Shown piece by piece: positions 24,915-38,569 of a stretch of DNA of 64,000 nucleotides. A program made the position numbers and the translations under genes. This DNA comes from Epiperipatus broadwayi (taxonomy: Eukaryota > Animalia > Onychophora): the NCBI GenBank assembly GCA_028023455.1, contig JAQFVV010000004.1, positions 17,856,001 to 17,920,000 of the forward strand, in the 5' to 3' direction. Positions within the stretch are counted from its first letter, which is position 1. Each line of letters opens with the position of its first letter. Below the pieces are notes generated by a model that worked only from the letters and a program-made list of their open reading frames with translations, had not been told where the DNA came from and searched no databases.

Positions 24915-25340
24915 CAGTTTTGTAATTAGCAGATGCAGCTGCACTGGTTATTAATATTTTTAAGACTGTAACAGTTTTGAAATCTATACACTCATCCCAT
25001 ATTTGTAGTAAATAATTTGGAATTACATAATCCAGATTCTCAACTAAATTCTTCAGATACTAAGATCATCAAATGTAGCTGTCTTACAATTCATATCATT
25101 TATTTATAGATTTAAGATTTTTTCCATTTGAATCAAAACATTATCCCTTACTTTAATTACAACTTTAGCAGTTTCAGGAGCACAAGTGACAGAAGCACAA
25201 ATCTTCTTTCTATAATTTTGCTGATCAATAACTCATTCTTCTGAAACATACAACCAATTTCTTAATTTTTCTTATTAAATCAATATTTTTTTGCCTTATT
25301 TAACGAAAGGCCTTTATGACTTTTTTGTATTTATCACTCA
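24915..25340 (-). pseudogene. Tigger1-like (pogo) transposase fragment
   Basis: Minus strand: GLSLNKAKNIDLIRK, ICASVTCAPETAKVVIKVRDNVLIQMEKSLNL, LKILITSAAASANY (cf. Tigger1 APQTAKVTATVRDKCLVKMEKALNLW and IKITGEAASAN). Confidence 0.7.
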
Positions 25341-25386
25341 TTATATTACAATACATTAGACTAAAAGATATGACACATACTATATA

Positions 25387-25802
25387 TAATTATAAATATG
25401 CGTTTTTTCGCATTAAATAGTGAAGCTATAATTATACTATAATGTATAATAGGTTTGCTTAGCGCTTTCGTGATTTAATGTTGGAATCTCATACTCATAG
25501 CTTTGTGAATGAAGACTGTTGTGATTTATTGTATACACATGCAAATGAGTTTGATTGTTTAATTAGTTAGTCCATTGTTTGGAGAGAGCAAAGCATGCCT
25601 CTCTCCAAACAATGGACTAACTAATTAAAAATTCAAACTCATTTGCATATGTGTACAATAAATCACAACAGTCTTCATTCACAAAGCTATGAGTATGAGA
25701 TTCCAACATTAAATCTCGAAAGCGCTAAACAAACCTATTATACATTATAGTATAATTATAGCTTCACTATTTAATGCGAAAAAAGTCGCAAATTTATAAT
25801 TA
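25387..25802. mobile_element. Near-perfect 416-bp palindrome (~200-bp arms, 10-nt loop) with a variant HHR-like motif in each arm
   Basis: 25387-25588 is the reverse complement of 25599-25802 with few mismatches. Loop is CAAAGCATGC. Confidence 0.9.
25686..25730 (+). ncRNA. Candidate hammerhead-like motif with A3-U8 core (mirror copy at ~25457-25501, minus strand)
   Basis: GCT-ATGAGTA-T-GAGATT CCAACATTA AATCTC-GAAA-GCGC-TA-A(A/G)C. Six-bp stem II, palindromic AGCGCT, 3-bp stem I (complete only in the left-arm copy). Confidence 0.45.
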
Positions 25803-26189
25803 CAATTTTTACTGGTGAAGAGAAAAACAATTTATTATATATAGATAAAAAATTTAAAAAAGAAATGCAAAAAAAAAATTTGTACATGTGCTTAATGAAC
25901 ATGATTAGATATATTCGTGTTTGCGATCTAAGAATGATAGATAAATTTACTGTGAAAAAAATATATAATTTTCACCACACTGAGATTCATAAAATTTAAT
26001 AAATTTGTAAATTTCAATGTTTTTATTATTTCTTTTAGATTTTTTTTTTTTTTAAACGTATAAGTGAAGTTGTGTAGTTTGATCCAGAATAGTTTATGGC
26101 TTCACTATATTAATATTCATCAAAACAATAATAATAATGGGGATGATGATGATAATAATAATAATGTCAAAGACTTAAACAAATTATTT

Positions 26190-26658
26190 GTAAGTCAATT
26201 TACTACAACATTTTGAATTTAAATGTGGATAAATTAAAAATTTTCTCAGTTCAAAAACTAAAAGATATCATTCAGATGATAAATTTATATTATAAAATTT
26301 TGAATAATTCTAATGCTATGATGTGTAGAAGTTTATATAATTCAATTTTTTGTATATCAGTTTTTAAAGTAAATCAAATGTAGATTACAAATAGTAAATA
26401 ATCAAATGAAACACATATATCATACTCATCAGAAAAATAATAATAATAAAAATATCTAAGATTTAAATAAGTCAATTTATTACAATATATTTAATTCAAA
26501 TGTAAATAATTTAAAATTTTGTTTAGTTCAAAGTCTAAAAATATTCCAATCGTTCAGATGATAAACATATATACAAATTTTAGATAGTCCTAATATTACA
26601 GTGTGCAAAAATCTACATAGTTCAATTTTTTGTATATCAGATTTTTAAAATAAATCAT
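26190..26658 (+). repeat. Diverged direct repeat (~190 bp x2)
   Basis: TAAGTCAATTTA...TTCAGATGATAAA...TTCAATTTTTTGTATATCAG at ~26190-26380 and ~26468-26658. Confidence 0.7.
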
Positions 26659-27683
26659 TATCTGAATAAATATAATCTTTTATTATTTTTCTATTAAAAA
26701 AAAAAGAATGATTATTGTGATATTTCAATAATCCTTTTCTTTTTTAATCAAGCTTCCAGTGTAATTTAACAATTTGGACTTTGTTTTTTCCAGAAATTCT
26801 TAGAAAGATTGAGCAGGAATGCTGCTGCAAAAAAAAAAATAGATTGAATCAATCATATTGATTTTCCTCCATGCAAATTGTGAAAATGCAGACAGAAGAT
26901 GGAACATGACTGAACAAAAACACATCAATCGCTGTTGTTCTATATCATATGATGATTTATAAATATCAACATCATAGATAGCTCTATAGTTGATAGGCTA
27001 ACAGATAAATGAAAAAAAGAAATAATGGTTATCATAAATGAAGCTACAGAAGCAGATGAATTATTAGCTCAAGTGATCCTTTTAAGAGACATTCAGCAAG
27101 AATTAAAAGAAACTGGAAGATTCCAGAATAGTTAAAAGATTATGTAAAATGATAAATTTCTTTGGAGTGGAGGCTATTCCATATTGTAAACAAAAACTAA
27201 CTGAAGAATTTCTTAGTTGAGAACAAGAATGACCAAAACAATGATCATGATTTACCAGTGGACCACCCACAATTTTTGGACTGATCACATGAATCAAGAA
27301 AAAAATAAGTGACTGATGCTACATAATGCATATCAGATAGCTATATATAAAAATACATTTTCCACATATGAATAGCTACTACAGACAAAAATTGCATCTT
27401 TACAATTTAGGCAATTGGGTGTAGTCAGACGAGCTAGTCAATGAATGTGTCAGATAACTTATGTCTTCATCTGAAATGCAGAATAATGCATACATCAATT
27501 ATAAAGTCATCATCTTGAATATGTTCATTATGCAAAGGTACAACAGATAACACTGAATAATATTCAGTTGATAGCTAAGCAATAACTGTGTTTTTTTTGT
27601 TGTGATGGGTATAAATTTAAGTAGTTTATCATTATATATATATAAAGTAATTTTTCTTATCATATTTCAAAAAAAGGATATAA

Positions 27684-28375
27684 TGTCTGAAACAAGTACA
27701 AAGAAAGACATATAATTTTAATACAAAATGAAAAGAACAGGTTTTTTTTTTAATCATGAATGCAAAATGTGTGGTGTTATACACATCATAAAAGTGTATC
27801 ACTTCCAAAAAAAGAAACTGACAAAAGATTTTTTTTAAAAAACTATATATGTAAGTTTTGATAAAGATTTTCTATCAAAAAGCAATTTACACAAAGATAA
27901 AGTTTATCACAATTAACCAGCCAGCAATTAAATCCATTATTAAATCTAAAGCTGCAACAATTGCATTATTTTGTATGAATTAAGTGTTAAGAAAATATAA
28001 GAAATCATTCACAAATGATAAAGAAAGCATTTCTAGAAGCTAATGATTCATTATTTGATTCATTCAAAAACAAAAATGAAATTATTTCTGCAATTAAATA
28101 TATAAAAACTTTCCTATAGAACTGACAGGAATCAAACAAAAATTACAAATTCTGATCTGATTGAACAACTAACTGAAGATGTTTAACTGTGTTTGTTTTT
28201 CCTTAAGTTTCATGAAATCACTTGACACACTTGATATTTCTCAGCTTTGTATTCTTATAAGAATTGTTTTTAAGGATAGGTGAAGAACTTTATTACATTT
28301 TCAAAAAATATATAAAAGGAGAAAAAAATTTGCAATTTATAAAGTTGTATTGATAACAACTGATGGATTACAGTA

Positions 28376-28407
<32 letters not shown>

Positions 28408-28560
28408 ATTGTGATACAAAGATAGTGGACTACAAAACTCGGAGAACATTACAAGTAATCCTTGCTTTGCAAAAGTCTATACATCCCTGGTTTAGAATAA
28501 ATAAAATCTAATTATGAATTAGATAGTTTCAAAACTAATTTAGTTTTCAAATTCCAAAAA
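27684..28560 (+). pseudogene. hAT transposase fossil (GTF2IRD2/EPM2AIP1-like, SPIN/Buster group)
   Basis: Across frameshifts: MSETSTKK, NAKCV, SVSLPKK, SFDKDFLSKSNL, KAATIA, KAFLEANDSLFDSFKNKNEIISAIK, LDISQLCILIRIVF and LITTDG. Confidence 0.8.
28375..28406 (+). repeat. (TAT)n microsatellite inside the hAT fossil
   Basis: Perfect TAT run. Confidence 0.9.
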
Positions 28561-29262
28561 TATTATTTTAATTTAATAAGAAATTTACAGATTAAAAAAC
28601 ATCATGAATTAACTAGTAAAAATGAATGGCTACTCCAGAAAAAAGAATAGATATAAAAATAATGAGAGACTTTTTCTTATCTTTTGCTCATGAATAGTGA
28701 GCAGTGTAATCATAAAATGAAAATATGTAATGGGAGATGTCTGCTCCTTAAAGTGAAAAAATAAGTATAGGAAATTTTATAAAGACTACTCCAATCTTCA
28801 ATATTATTTAGTAAGCTTCCAGGTGAATCTAGGTATCTGAAATTATAATAAATTCATATAATCACTCCCATTGTTAAATATAGGTATTTCTTATCAAACG
28901 CAAGTATTTATAAAATTTGGAAGCTACATTTATTATATACACTCGAAAATAAAAATTCTTTATTATATTGAATGGACATGCTATATAAATTATATACATC
29001 ACTTTACACACATCAGTAAAATCTAATATTTATACATTAAATACTGAATTAAACTTATTTGATTAATTATTTGCTTGCCACTTTTGCATTTGTCATCACT
29101 TACAGCAATTAACTTTTGTCTAGGTCACTGCAGAGTGGACAACAATAATACCTAGCTTGCGATTATAAATACCTTTCTAACATGCAGTGAATATATAGTT
29201 ATGGAAGTGTCTTGTGAACATATATGAATAAATAATAAAGGTGCTTTAGCTGATCATTTTCT

Positions 29263-29263
<1 letters not shown>

Positions 29264-29294
<31 letters not shown>
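29264..29294 (+). repeat. (CA)n microsatellite
   Basis: Perfect CA run. Confidence 0.95.
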
Positions 29295-29298
<4 letters not shown>

Positions 29299-31576
29299 AA
29301 AACTAGCAAAACTGTGCAAATGGGTAAACTATGTTTGGCCAAGACAATTTGTTCTAATTTTAGATAAATTTTTAAAATTGTGTGGAAATTACAACAGTTC
29401 TAAATAAATAATTTCATTAAGAAAGAATGATTTCAAAAAAATCTAAATAGCATAAAATAAATTTCGATTAAAAAAAAAAATGGTTGATGATGATAAAATT
29501 TCGATAAAAAAAAAAAGATTTGTTAATTCTACAAATAACTATAAATATAATGTGGAGATATAGATTTTCAAGTACAGTATTAAAAAGATAACAAAAAATT
29601 TGATTATTCTTTCGAAGAAATTGTGAAAATCAGAAAATCTGGTGAAGCAATCTCTCAAAAAGTAATAAAATAATATTAGTAAAGACTAAGTGTTCAAACA
29701 AAAAAGAAAGACTTTAAAAAAAGAAAAAATATGTTAACAATCAATAACGAAAACAATGTTAATAATATCAAAATTCTATTGTAATGGGTTCTCATGTATG
29801 GGATACAATTAATCAAAAAATCATTTCAAAAGTTTGAAATTTAAAAAATAGCTAGTTAATAACTTCTGAATATTAATGAAAATTAGAAATAATGTCAAAT
29901 TTGTGAATATTTCCCCATAAAATAAAATAAAAATTTAAATCAAATTTAAAAATGTAAAAAAAAATTCAAGAATTCAGATTCAAATAATTACATTAATAAA
30001 ATATTTAATTTTGCCAATTTAATCTTGATATCTTTCAAAATATCTGCAGACTACTAACAAACATATAGCACAAATAATTTTCAATGATGTTCTAACAATA
30101 AGAAATAATCATGTTCAAAGACAAACTACTTTGAATATTATCATTATGCTAAATTCATAGGAAGGAATCCTTCCATTACAAATGAATTCATGTCATATAG
30201 ATATTTCATTAGACTGCTGAGTATTCATTATCTAAAAGCAATAGTAAAAATCAGTCTGTGATATTATAAATTTTATTTCATTATTCCTTGCCATAGTCTT
30301 CTCGGTAGTAGTCAACAAGGTTGCAGGATATTAAAGCATTATGTAGGATTTTATTCCTAAAATAGGAAAAAGTTACACTATGTAATAAAACCATAATTCA
30401 ATTATTGGTGATAGAACATATAAATATCCTAATGAGTCAAGACCTCCAAATGTTTTAATGCTTTGAAAGGCATCATTATTATATTGAAATTAAAGAGATT
30501 ATTCACTGCAAATCTCAAGTCTTCAATACCAATAACTTTTGATTTTAGGATGAAATTTCACTGTGCACAATAGGATAAACAGTTTGGCAGTGTGGCTAAC
30601 TGCACTCTTTAATGGATATATAGTTACAACTGCTTATTATGTAACACACATGCAAAACTAAAAGCTCTTTGTAATCTCAAATAGATGTGCAAGAGCACTT
30701 TTAGAACAACCAGGGTGAATCTCTACAATAGAATATAACCACTTCTAAGGGTCTTTGGAAAATGTAGAATACTTTCACTTTTCTTAGGAACTACTATACT
30801 CATTATCAAGATGATTGTTGCAACTCCAATTTGAATTTAAATAATTCAACAATCACTGTCCGATGGCATTGAAAAAGATGAAGTATTACTCAACATCAGC
30901 ATTTTTATTAATCTCTCCATAAATTTAAGTCTGTATTACAAGTTAATGTACAATAATAATAAAAATATTTTTTTCTGGAAACTATAATATGAAAATCCAC
31001 AAATTAAAAACTGTTGAATTTTATAGCAGATTTAAATGTATAACAAATAATAATAGTGGAAACTATAAATTGATAATAGTGATGACTATAAATATTATAT
31101 AAAGTAATACCTGGAGAAAAATGCCCAAAGTTGTGATTTTTGCTCAAAGAATCCCTCATCTACTTCCATGCTACAATGTTTTTCAGAGAAATGGCAATGT
31201 TTTATTGTTGTAATAAATTTGTGAATTATCATTGGATCAATAATTATTCTTATTTCACATTTCATTCTATAATATCAAGCTATACATTGTATAATATGCA
31301 AATAATAAAGTCATGAACAACATAATTCCAACATATAATATTCAGTATAGTCAAATTGTTAATTTAAGACCATTAGTAATACATATCAAATTTGCATTGT
31401 AAACTTTTCAGACTGTCTGTCTTTATTTTGCATGATGAAAAAACTATAATTATAATTTTAATGAAAAATAATTAACTATCAGCATATCCATCTCATTAAT
31501 AGATCACACTCTATTTTGTTTACTGAATAATAGTTATCATCTAAAGCATCAATATTCATATTCATTTTACAAACAT

Positions 31577-31800
31577 TTACTTTTCTTTTATAAAGCTAGG
31601 GTATAAACTAAACTCAATTCCACTTTTGGTCTAATAGTGGGGTCAGACAAATATTACTGTATGTCATAATTTCAGTCATCTTGCAAACAACCTTTACTTC
31701 CCTTTTATAAAGCTAGGATATAAAATAAAATCAATTCTACTTTTGGTTTAAAAATGAAGTCAGATAAATACTATGTGTTACTAAATGTCATAATTTCATT
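31577..31800 (+). repeat. Tandem duplication (~117 bp x2)
   Basis: TTTATAAAGCTAGG..CTTTTGGT..GTCAGA..ATGTCATAATTTCA repeated in tandem. Confidence 0.8.
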
Positions 31801-34219
31801 TGACAATGTTAGATAATGATAGTTTGCCTGATTACATCATATATGAAATTTATCTAAAAAAAAACCTCAGCCACCAAAAATCTTTTAGTTAAACTCTTTA
31901 TGGGAGAATCTTCTTTATCTTGTGAAAATATTTAGGAAGTTGTAATAATTTCAGTTTTCACACATATAATTCCTTGACTTAAAATTAAAATATAAACTAA
32001 AAATGTTTTCATTTTTGATTTTAAAAATTAATCAACAAATGCTATCGATATAACATGTGATTTCAGTTGACAATGTCAGTTTTTAATTGGAGCTTTGCAT
32101 TATTGCCATCATAGCCAAATTTTTCTAAAATATACATGAAGAAATCCCATTAAAATTACTAATACTGTACTTACATATTAGACCTGCTATGCCTTTCCAC
32201 ATTGTTTCCTCAGTCCACCAATCACTTTCGAATTTTGTAATGTTATCAAATAACGTGTACACTGGAACTTCTGACAAATTTAAGTGATACATTTGTCAAA
32301 ACAGGCCATGTGTACAAAATGTTTCACAATATTTTAACAAAATTTAGTAATTTATCAGCAGATTGATACATATATGAAAAGGTGTAACAACTCTAATATA
32401 TAACACTAACCATACCAGACTAAATCTGAAAAAGTAAATTTTTAACAATGCGAAAAATGTAAAGTGGTACGCAAAACTAATACATTATGATACTAAATAA
32501 AAATGACACTTTGTGTCATCAAAACCATTCCCCCTCCTCCCTACCCAAGGTATGGCATTCTGCCATTGTTGCACACAAGACCAGTAATTACCACAATTTT
32601 ACTTAAGATTAAAAAAAAATATTATGTATATTAACTCTCGCATGAAATTACAAAATGAGACATTAAATCAAATTACCCCAAAATAAAAGTACATAAGCAA
32701 AATTAAATAAAAAAAATCCTATCTATTCTTTCGCTTAAATAAGTATATTAACTACAAAAATATTAAGTATATTCACTACAAAATGGACAGTAAAGCAAAT
32801 GAAAAAGAAATTGAAATTGTAACTCTGGCAGTAAAATAAAAAATGGACAGATAAAAAAACACCAACTTATAACTCCATCAGATTTTTAAAAAATAAAGTT
32901 AAAGCATGTGGTTATCCTATATAATGGCTGCATGAGATTTTGATCAAGAAATGACTAGATATATTTATTTTGTTAAAAAAAAAAAAATTAATTAGTAAAC
33001 TTTTATAAAAATGTAAAAAAAAAATTATTCAATTTTTATTAAGATGGAATTAATGAGATGGATTGATTTTTTTAAATATAGTCCAGAATGCAAATGAAAG
33101 TGCCATCTTCTTTGTGCAGCCGGCAGATCATACTTCTTCATTTTTATACGCTTTACAGAAGGAAGAGATAAACCTTTATTAAAACAGAATCACGAGATAT
33201 CATCCAGAATGCAAATGAAAGTGTCATGTCTGTTTTGTAATTTCATGTCAGAGTATAAAATAAGTAGTATTTTTTTAACTTTAAGTAAAATTGCTGGCCA
33301 TTATTGAGACAGCAGAATGCTGTATCTTGTGCAGGGTTGGAAGGATGTCATAAAGTGCTGCTTTATTGCAATAAAGCCACAATGAAACAAAAATTCAAAA
33401 CTATCTGTTTTTATTTAATATCGTAATGTTTTTATTATTTTTGTGTACAAATTTATCTCTGAAGTTTATCAGTTCAAATCACAAGGTTTATTTGAAGGAT
33501 CGCAAGTTTAGAAATTTATGAATAAAATAATATGGATGTGAAAAAGTGTAGCAGCTCTAGTACGTAAGTACCATATTTACATATATATATATAAATTATA
33601 TTCCAAAGAGTATTACCATATTAATTATCTGTATTCTATTGACACTTGTGGAATAAAATTTTTTATATTTTATTAGGATTTAAATATTTTTAATATATAT
33701 ATATATTATATTATTAACAATGTATTTATTTAAGTATTTGCTTATTACTTTAAATAATAATAATTAAAACACTAAACATTTCCCCCTGTTTTTTTAAACA
33801 CATTTAAATAACAAGAGAGTATCTTATTAAACATTTTTATATTATAGTAATTAAAACAATAATTTGTACTCAATAATCTCCCATTGCTTTTACTTCATGC
33901 TAATTTATTCAATGATTTATTTTCTCTCTCTGCTAATTAATTCAATGTGATTTTTTTTTAAAGATCATGAAAATTTTAAAAAACTTAATTACTCTTTCTT
34001 CAATTTTTTTCTCCAACTCCATTTAACAATGGATGTAATCTTTTTTAAAGACATTATAATTACATCAATTAGGATAGACAGTGGGGGGGGGGCAATTGGC
34101 TTACCTGTAATTAATATTATTAAATGTTATTTATTAAACATACTTTTTTACTTAGCATAGTATATAATACAGTATTTTTTCTTCAAAATACATTAATTCT
34201 AAAATGCCCTGTGTGATTT

Positions 34220-34335
34220 GCCACAGTTGGTAGAGCAGTTGGTAAAGCATCAGACTTGGAATTGGGAGATCCCAGGATTGTTTCTGGCACTCAAACTTAT
34301 GAACTCCTGACCAATAAAGCTATATGCCTTTCTTT
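34220..34335 (+). mobile_element. tRNA-derived SINE fragment (family A)
   Basis: tRNA-like head GCAGTTGGTAAAGCATCAGACTTGGAATTGGGAGATCCCAGG. Head and following ATGAACT..AATAAAG..TATA.CCTTT are homologous to 40938-41045. Confidence 0.55.
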
Positions 34336-36056
34336 TTTCCAATTCCAAAATTAAATATATAATTTTATTAAATTGTAACTGAAGTAAGCATAAGTTTCAG
34401 CAGTTGTGAAAGATTAAAAGTCAGACATACTTCAACAATTGGAAGTTTTTCAATACACTACAGATATAAGGATTAATGGTATTTTATCTATACCTCTCGA
34501 AGCTGTAAAAAAAAAAAGTTCATAGATCTCTCCTTTTTTTTTATTACACTTTAGTTGGAATTATACCCATTCATTTTTTTCAAGCTAAGTATATCATCAC
34601 TATATCAAACTTTTATGGTAAATGGTGAATGATGTTAATCTTAGTTTTATCTTTTTTCAATAATCCATTTCCATTTCTAATTCTTTTTCATTAATTATTA
34701 TTATATCTTTCTTTTTTTCTGCATTGTGCTCTCTTTCCCTATTCTAGATTTAATAAATTTAAAATTTTGTACATATATAAAAAATTACTTAACTAATTTA
34801 TTTTCTAAGAACAATACATAAAAGAAATAAAAAAATAAATTGCATTTAGAAATATAGAAAATTTTTAATAAATAATACATGCATATGTGGGTTTTTATAT
34901 TATCTATCTTAGAAAAATAGAAAATCAATAATAATCCATAATGGTTTGACATTTTATCATCAAAAGTTACCTATAACTTATTTGGATTGTTTGTTTGTTT
35001 TAAATAACTTATTTATTAGTAATAATTTTAATTATTAAATCTTTTAATAATTATTTGAATTTAAAATTCAAACAAAAAAAAAATGTTTTCATTATATCAC
35101 TTCCTTACAAATTTTATACATTTTTATTAATACTTATATTCCGGGTATTCAATAAATAAATGAAAAGGAAACAGAAAGGCTGTAAATGTCCTTAAAAACA
35201 GGATAAGTAGGAGCAAAATTGATATTTCATCCCAATAAGGAATATTAAAAATATCATGAACAAACAATTATAAATATTTTAATAAAAATATTTATATATA
35301 AATATACACACAAACAACCATATATTTATTAGTCAAAAGTATAATATAAGCACCTTAAGACTAAAGCTAACATGAAAAAAATATATATTTTGTTCAAATA
35401 TAAATGCTAAGTTAAGAACATTAAGCAATTGGTTTTTATATATACACCCATAAAAGAAATTTTAGAAATAGCGACCAAAAATTTTACATTATAAATTAAT
35501 ACATACATTTATTGAACAAGTTCTAGTTAGTTTTAAATATATGAATATAAACACAAAAATGCAAGCTTTGTGTAGATTTTTATAAATCTAATATAATCGT
35601 GTATACACATACATACGTATGTGTATATATTTATATAACATACATTTTGTTTACAACAAAATATTTTACCCCGTTAAAGCATCAGTAGCAGCAAAAAAAA
35701 AAAAAAGTAATGAGTGATAATTACATATGACTACCAACAAATATTTTATATTCAAATTTCCTTGTGCTACCATTCAGTATATAAATCCTCTACGAATGCA
35801 TAAAAACCACACTAATAAATATCATTTATAGGGCGATATATAAAGGAAGACTTTCTTAATGCAATCCCAAAAATAGTACTGCTCCAGAAAAAAATTATGA
35901 ATGCTTTAAAAAAATTATGTAATTTAAGTAAATCCGATATTGTAAAGAAATTATCATAAACAGAATACAATATTATATACACGTTTTAATTAAAATAAAA
36001 TTGAGAATAATAAAAATTCAAGAGGACAATGTTAATTTAAAATTTTCAAATCTTAC

Positions 36057-36137
36057 CAATAGTTTTTTTCCAATCAACCTTTCAGATTTACTTTTACCTT
36101 TAATCTCTTTTCCATTCAACATATCCCACTAACTATT
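36057..36137 (-). other. Candidate host exon (81 nt), possibly a start exon encoding MLNGKEIKGKSKSERLIGKKLL
   Basis: Acceptor TTTTTCACAG and donor TTG|GTAAGA, open frame from the ATG to the donor in phase 0. No partner exon found. Confidence 0.25.
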
Positions 36138-38569
36138 CTGTGAAAAATTAAACAAACTAACAGTCAATATTATACATCAAAACTGAAACAAAATGGTCCC
36201 AACTGTAACTTGCAAAAAATGTTTCAGTTTTGATTATTTTAAAATAAACAAAAATATTTATATATATATTTTTTCAATTTTTCATTCTCTTTTTTTCTAT
36301 AATTCTATTTTAAAAAAAACATAAATAATTCAAAAAATGTTTTCAAAATAAACTATTACAATGCTTTAAAAACATCTATATTTTTTAAATCATATATTAA
36401 TGGGCATGTATGCAAATACATACAGCATATTTATATCTGAACAAACAATACTTCAATTACTGATTATATGAAAACTTTTTTTTTTTTTTGTTTTGTTAGG
36501 TGTGTTCTTAAAATATATATTAACCATTTGCTTTGTTTGGATATTTATGAATGCACTGTTATTATTATTTAATTTAAAATTTATAATTACTAATTTAATT
36601 AAAGAAATGTTAATCTTAAACTTATTGCATCTTTTTATCACATTTAATTAAATACCTTAGATTTTAACTATATAAAATTAATAAGTTCTCTTCAAGAATT
36701 GTTTGAATTTGCTATACTTAATCAGTAATCAAGATTCAAATTTTTGAGTGAAAAAAAAAGATTTTACATTTATCTTATGTGAGTATATATATGCTGTGTG
36801 GAATGTACTTTTTATTTTTTAAAAATACAATAATAATTAAGATATAGTTCCAGAATATTACATTTTCAATGGCAGATTCCAGCAATGTCCTTTATCTTTA
36901 AATAGACTAATTAATAATTATAAGGATAAAATTGAAAATAATAATAAAATACAGTTAGTTTATGCCCTGGAATGCCAGATTATAATGCTAGATATTATAG
37001 AGAGACATGAGCAAATTTAAAAACAAAAATTGCATTGCATGTTCATCATTATTATAGGACTAAAAAAAAATAGTGCACACAACACTGTATTTTTTGAATA
37101 TTAAGAGGAAAATAGATCATTCAACTAAATCTACTGATGCTAAAAATCATTCAACTGGATAAAAACAATACAACATAAAATAAAAAAAGTTTGGCATATA
37201 ATTAAAATTTTTGTTAATGTAAAAGCCAATAACCCTCCCTTTTGATAAGAACTAGTGTTTCAATTTATAATTGATACATAATAATTTTTTTTACATTTTG
37301 AATTACAAGTGTCAAATTAACTCAATTCACATCTTCCACACCAACCACTTTAGATAAATATAGTAATGACTATTATTAATCATTTACTAAACTAGAGATC
37401 GTCTCCTAAGACAGATATAAACTTAAAACTCAATTAAGGATTAATATATCTGATTTTTTAAAATTAAACACACAAACACAAGGAGTTATTCACATTTCTT
37501 TTTCCCAAGTGTAATATCTTTATAAATATATTAAATAGCCTCAATATTACCACATTATTTTAAATTCATTTGTCTTTGGTTGTATCTTTATTTATATGAA
37601 TTTAAAAGAATATATGGTAATATTGAGGTTATTTATTTATAAATAATAAATTTTAAAAATTTAATTAATATAAAAGTCAATATAAGAACTCATGTTCCAA
37701 TTTATAATAGGTATATATTTAAATTGGCTAAAATAAATGGTAGTCTAGCTTTAATAAGGATGTTCTGTATCAAAGTCTGACTTAGCAATTTTTTGAGTTT
37801 ATGTCCGTACACTTTTGTGGAATATCATTTTATATTTTACTATGGCTTAAATATTTTGGTTGTTTTCTCATCCCTGGTGTTCGCCTCAAGATGTCTCTAT
37901 TTCTAGATAAATTCCTAGAAATATAACGTTTCACCAGCATTCACCCAACAAACGAGGAAATTTTCTACGCTATAAATGCAGAAAAAGAGTTCTCACATTA
38001 TGTTGGGCGGCGACAGAAGCCAACACAAAGAGACTTCTTTCTATGATAAAATACAGAAAGAGTTCCTGACAACGGTTGCCGGTTGTGGCTTTTTTTTTCC
38101 TATGCTAAAAGCAAAGAGAAATATCTTTATTGGCTGCTGTAGTTGATTTTGTTATTCATTTCCTCGTAATCTTTGAATATCTATTATCTCTGTAGTTTGG
38201 TGTGAGAGTGTGTGTATTTGAGCCAGTCGTAGTTTTTTAAAATTTGATTAGACATTTTTTTTTTTTTTAATGTGATGTAACTTACTTTAGTGTTGTAAGT
38301 TTATTAATAATGACCTGCAGCTTCCATGAGGAATGTGTAACCCTCAAAAAGTTATTTGAAAGGGTACATGCTAGTATTTATTTGACAATCACGTGATAAA
38401 TAATGTTCTAGCGAAAATTCGTTCAAGAACAAGTAAGATGGCTGACACCGTGGCAATTGCCATCAACTGAAGCCAGCGCTGTAGCGTATTTGCAAAAATA
38501 AAAATATCCTGTTGAAACAGAAAAAATGTCTTTGTGGTGAGGAAATGTGAATTCATGCTAATAAAGATC

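Noticed and set aside
27150-27340. Frame with six TGA and no TAA/TAG, suggesting genetic code 4 (Spiroplasma or mitochondrial insert)
   Set aside because: The TGAs arise out of frame from AAT-GAC/CAT-GAT codons of a neighbouring frame, and there is no recognisable bacterial or mitochondrial gene.
29570-29850. Possible pogo DDE C-terminal remnant (HVWDTINQKIISKV)
   Set aside because: Single weak motif; not enough to list as a feature.
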